Of a stretch of 20,682 nucleotides of DNA, positions 17,961 through 20,682 are shown piece by piece. The stretch is from Rotaria sp. (taxonomy: Eukaryota). Position numbers and translations under genes: made by a program. The DNA lies in assembly GCA_905330235.1 (NCBI GenBank), contig CAJNUA010001750.1, positions 1 to 20,682 of the forward strand. The letters are read 5' to 3'. Each line of letters begins with the position of its first letter. Within the stretch, counting starts at the first letter, position 1. A model generated the notes under the pieces. It saw only the letters and a list, made by a program, of their open reading frames with translations, was not told where the DNA came from and did not search any database.

Positions 17961-19944
17961 CAATTGAATAAAAAAATGAAGAACAAATATTGAAAAGAGA
18001 ATAGAAAAAAAAATACTGAAGAACGAGAGAGGAGGAGGAAGAGGAATTAATCAAGGCTATTGTTGAAACAAAAAAATGATGATATAATTGTTTGTAAAAA
18101 AGTAACGAAGCGATATGGGCACCAAAGTATTGTGCGGCATCAGGAGAAGGTATGGATGTAGACTCATACTTGTCAATGTGGATGCGAAGATGAAAACAGT
18201 CAAAGTACATGTCTACAATCTACACTCACGCTCATGTGATTCAAGAAGCGGCATTTTGTCGTTTAAATCAGTATGTACTGATCAAAACTACCATTTATCT
18301 CACCTAAACGCTGTTGCGAAGCATAAAATAGCATGAAATCATCGTTCATAAGCAGCATTGAAGTGCTGTTATTTATACTATGTATATATGTGTTTGTTAG
18401 AAATATATAATAATACTTCGATAACGTTTATGAAGGTCGAATTTTTGCTACTTTTTGCTTCGTAACGACTTTTAGATGTGCTACATGATTGTTTTATGAA
18501 ACACATGCTAATTTAAGTGACAAAATCCTGTTTTCTGCACTATCCGGAAACTCACACCCAAAACGCACAAGTAAGCGTACACACACCAATCTACACTCGT
18601 GCCGATGTAAAAAGTATTGCGTTGTTAAAATTTATTGCTTTCATAGACGGCGCATTTTTGTAATTCTGTAAGGCTTGACTACAAACATACAACAAAGTAC
18701 ACCTTAGTGGTATTTGTTGACAGTATTTTGTCAAATAAGCGAGAATGCATAAAATTAATCACATACATGGCATCGACTTTTTATGCGAGTGTCGACTTCT
18801 TCTTGGTCATAATGATAGTCTACAAACATTAAAGAAAAAAAGAAGAGTCACTACTAAATTATACTCTGAATGACTTTAAAAATCTTTGCACAAATGCACA
18901 CTTAGACAAAAATATGAACATTAACAAATAAGAATTTCCTTTCTTTGACAGAACTTTTCGAGAAATTTATTTGTCATTCACAGTATGAGGCAACTTTGAT
19001 GCAATTATTTTGCTTCAACCGCAGCATTCAACAACAGAGGGTCGTAGGTTAGAGTAAAATGAAGTAAATGCAGTGGTAGTTAAAAGACCCTTGATGAATA
19101 AGACCAACAGTCAACCTTAAATACGAAATCGTTCGCTATAAACAGTTGAAAATCCCAAACTTTTTTGCAATCTTGCACATTTAGCCTAGGTGAAAACAAA
19201 AGACGTTTCAACTTCTTTGATCTTTCATATGCTGTAGAATTCTTCAAGTTGAGTGTGAACACGCGTGAGAGTGTAGGTATGGTTGAGGACGTTTTCTTTA
19301 CTTACACCTACTTACACCCACAATGGCATCAACAGTCTCCTGCCCATATTCACTCACATTCTTCTAATGGTTGATAGGTACGTTTGAATTCTTCATATTT
19401 TGTGTTCTTTCTATTGAATTTATAAACTATGCTCCATGTCATTTATTGTTTTAACTATTGCAATAAATCGTCAATAATTTAAATATGTAAGCTCATCCAT
19501 TAGTCTTCTTAGTCGACGAAATTTCACCTGTTGATTTATTTGCAGGCTTAACACTAAATATTCAGTATCACCGTCGTTAGCAAGTGAGAACTTATCATCA
19601 ACAAATTTTGAAACATTGCAACTTGTCAAATCATCATAAATGAATGAAGATTTTTCAACTAATGATTTAAAAACAACAAATGATATATCATCATCATCTA
19701 ATAAAAATTTACGATCTATTCACTAAAGATCCGCAAGCATTTCAACGTCCTATAGTTTGAATTGTTCAATGTCGAAATAGAAGTCTTTCGAATGAACTAC
19801 AGTGCAGCTCAATTGAATTTCTCCCCTTGATATTTTTTGCTTTTATTACTATACTTCTTTTATTTATTAACCTGCTATATACAGCAAGAAAGCTCGAAAT
19901 GCGCTGCATCTTTTGATATATTTACATTAGACACCAAATGCAGT

Positions 19945-20560
19945 CTAAAGTGTAAAATATGTATCAGAAAAAAAGTGACATTTTTTTTTACTATAGGATG
20001 TCCATAATGTTGTATCATTTTTCCTTTCGCATATACCTCGGCTTCGGTAAAAGATAAAATATTGAATTTTTTCCAGAAGATTCATCGTAAAAAGCTCTAT
20101 AAAAACTGTATGATTGAATTCCTTTTTATCTGCTCTAATAATTTGTCTTATACTCAAAATGAAAACCCTACATGGCAGTGCCAATTCTGATCACATAGAA
20201 AATGGTTGGAAAGCCTTTTCGTTTTGCATATATCTCGACTTGACAAAATGATACAATATTATACTCTTTTTCTAAACAGATGTGCCGTCGAAAGCTCTAT
20301 AAAAGCTATATGAACCAATTCCTATATCAAATCAAAATAGTTTTCCAAACATTTTCAATATGATATGAGAAGTGACACTCTTATGTAGGTTGTTCATCTT
20401 GAGTATAAAGAAAAATATTAGAACAGGTAAAAAGGAATTCAATCATACAGTTTTTATAGAGCTTTTGACGGTGTATTTTCTGGCAAAAAATTCAAGATTG
20501 CGCTATTTATCGAAGCCGAGATATATATGCGAAATAAAAAACAAGACAACATTATTCAAA
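19945..20560. repeat. Cluster of inverted and direct copies of a ~150 to 240-bp repeat
   Basis: The reverse complement of 19960..20190 aligns at about 80% with 20385..20540 ('...gagtataaRaMaaatattagaRcagRtaaaaaggaattcaatcatacagtttttatagagcttttKacg...gaagccgagRtatatgcgaaa'). 20283..20320 is a direct partial copy of 20088..20125. ORFs 19945..20184(-) and 20372..20578(+) are mirror translations of the repeat. Confidence 0.75.
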
Positions 20561-20682
20561 CTCTGTGCTGCACTGTAAAAAAGAAAGGTACTTTCTGGAA
20601 CCTCAAAAAAAGGTTCGGTAGATGACAAAAAGTTTGCAAATGTGTTGAAAGTTTCAAAAAACGAATAAAAAAAAACCCGGAA

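Noticed and set aside
17735-18210. Minus-strand ORFs 17735..17986 and 17947..18210
   Set aside because: The first is antisense to the conserved hAT C-terminal coding region. The second covers a purine-rich low-complexity stretch.
1-20682. Prokaryotic interpretation (operons, defence island, CRISPR array)
   Set aside because: The genes are interrupted by canonical GT-AG introns with polypyrimidine tracts. The proteins are eukaryote-specific (MVP, BIR-RING IAP). AATAAA-type signals follow the stops. The repeats are irregular and not repeat-spacer arrays.

Overview
This window is AT-rich eukaryotic nuclear DNA, not prokaryotic. It has multi-exon genes with short canonical GT-AG introns of about 40 to 70 nt, one intron of about 1 kb, microsatellites and many nested inverted repeats. 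The intron sizes, base composition and presence of a vault protein suggest an invertebrate, possibly a flatworm-like metazoan, but I cannot name the taxon.

I can support three protein-coding loci by reading exons and splice sites directly. (1) A plus-strand inhibitor-of-apoptosis (IAP) gene at 1675..3728 with three BIR zinc-binding domains and a C-terminal C3HC4 RING, in 4 exons. (2) A minus-strand major vault protein (MVP) gene at 11583..7408, in 9 exons totalling 2685 nt, which is 894 codons plus a stop. It is collinear with vertebrate MVP from the N-terminal 'IPPYxYIHVLDQN' motif to the C-terminal 'KLLQxLGLxSxLxTDGxTPINL' motif. (3) A plus-strand hAT-superfamily transposase-like gene at about 16121..17960. 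It has an N-terminal BED zinc finger, the hAT 'DLWT' block, the 'RWxS' block and a C-terminal hAT dimerisation-like motif, and it is split by small introns. It appears disrupted by a frameshift in a homopolymer and an in-frame TGA.

The roughly 8 kb between MVP and the transposase is a nested repeat and transposon landscape:
- a (CACCCA)n microsatellite sitting at the centre of a GAATTCC-rich inverted repeat with ~170-bp arms;
- a 328-bp near-perfect palindrome;
- a ~30-bp minisatellite;
- a 724-bp MITE-like element with imperfect terminal inverted repeats (TIRs) flanked by TTAA;
- two mutually inverted 'AACGC'-motif-rich terminal blocks, the second ending about 90 bp upstream of the transposase ORF.

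MVP intron 4 contains a foldback element, and the window ends in a cluster of inverted and direct repeat copies. I see no rRNA, tRNA or CRISPR features. The 'undescribed system' here is best treated as a transposon and hairpin-rich accessory region next to conserved IAP and MVP genes, not as a defence island.
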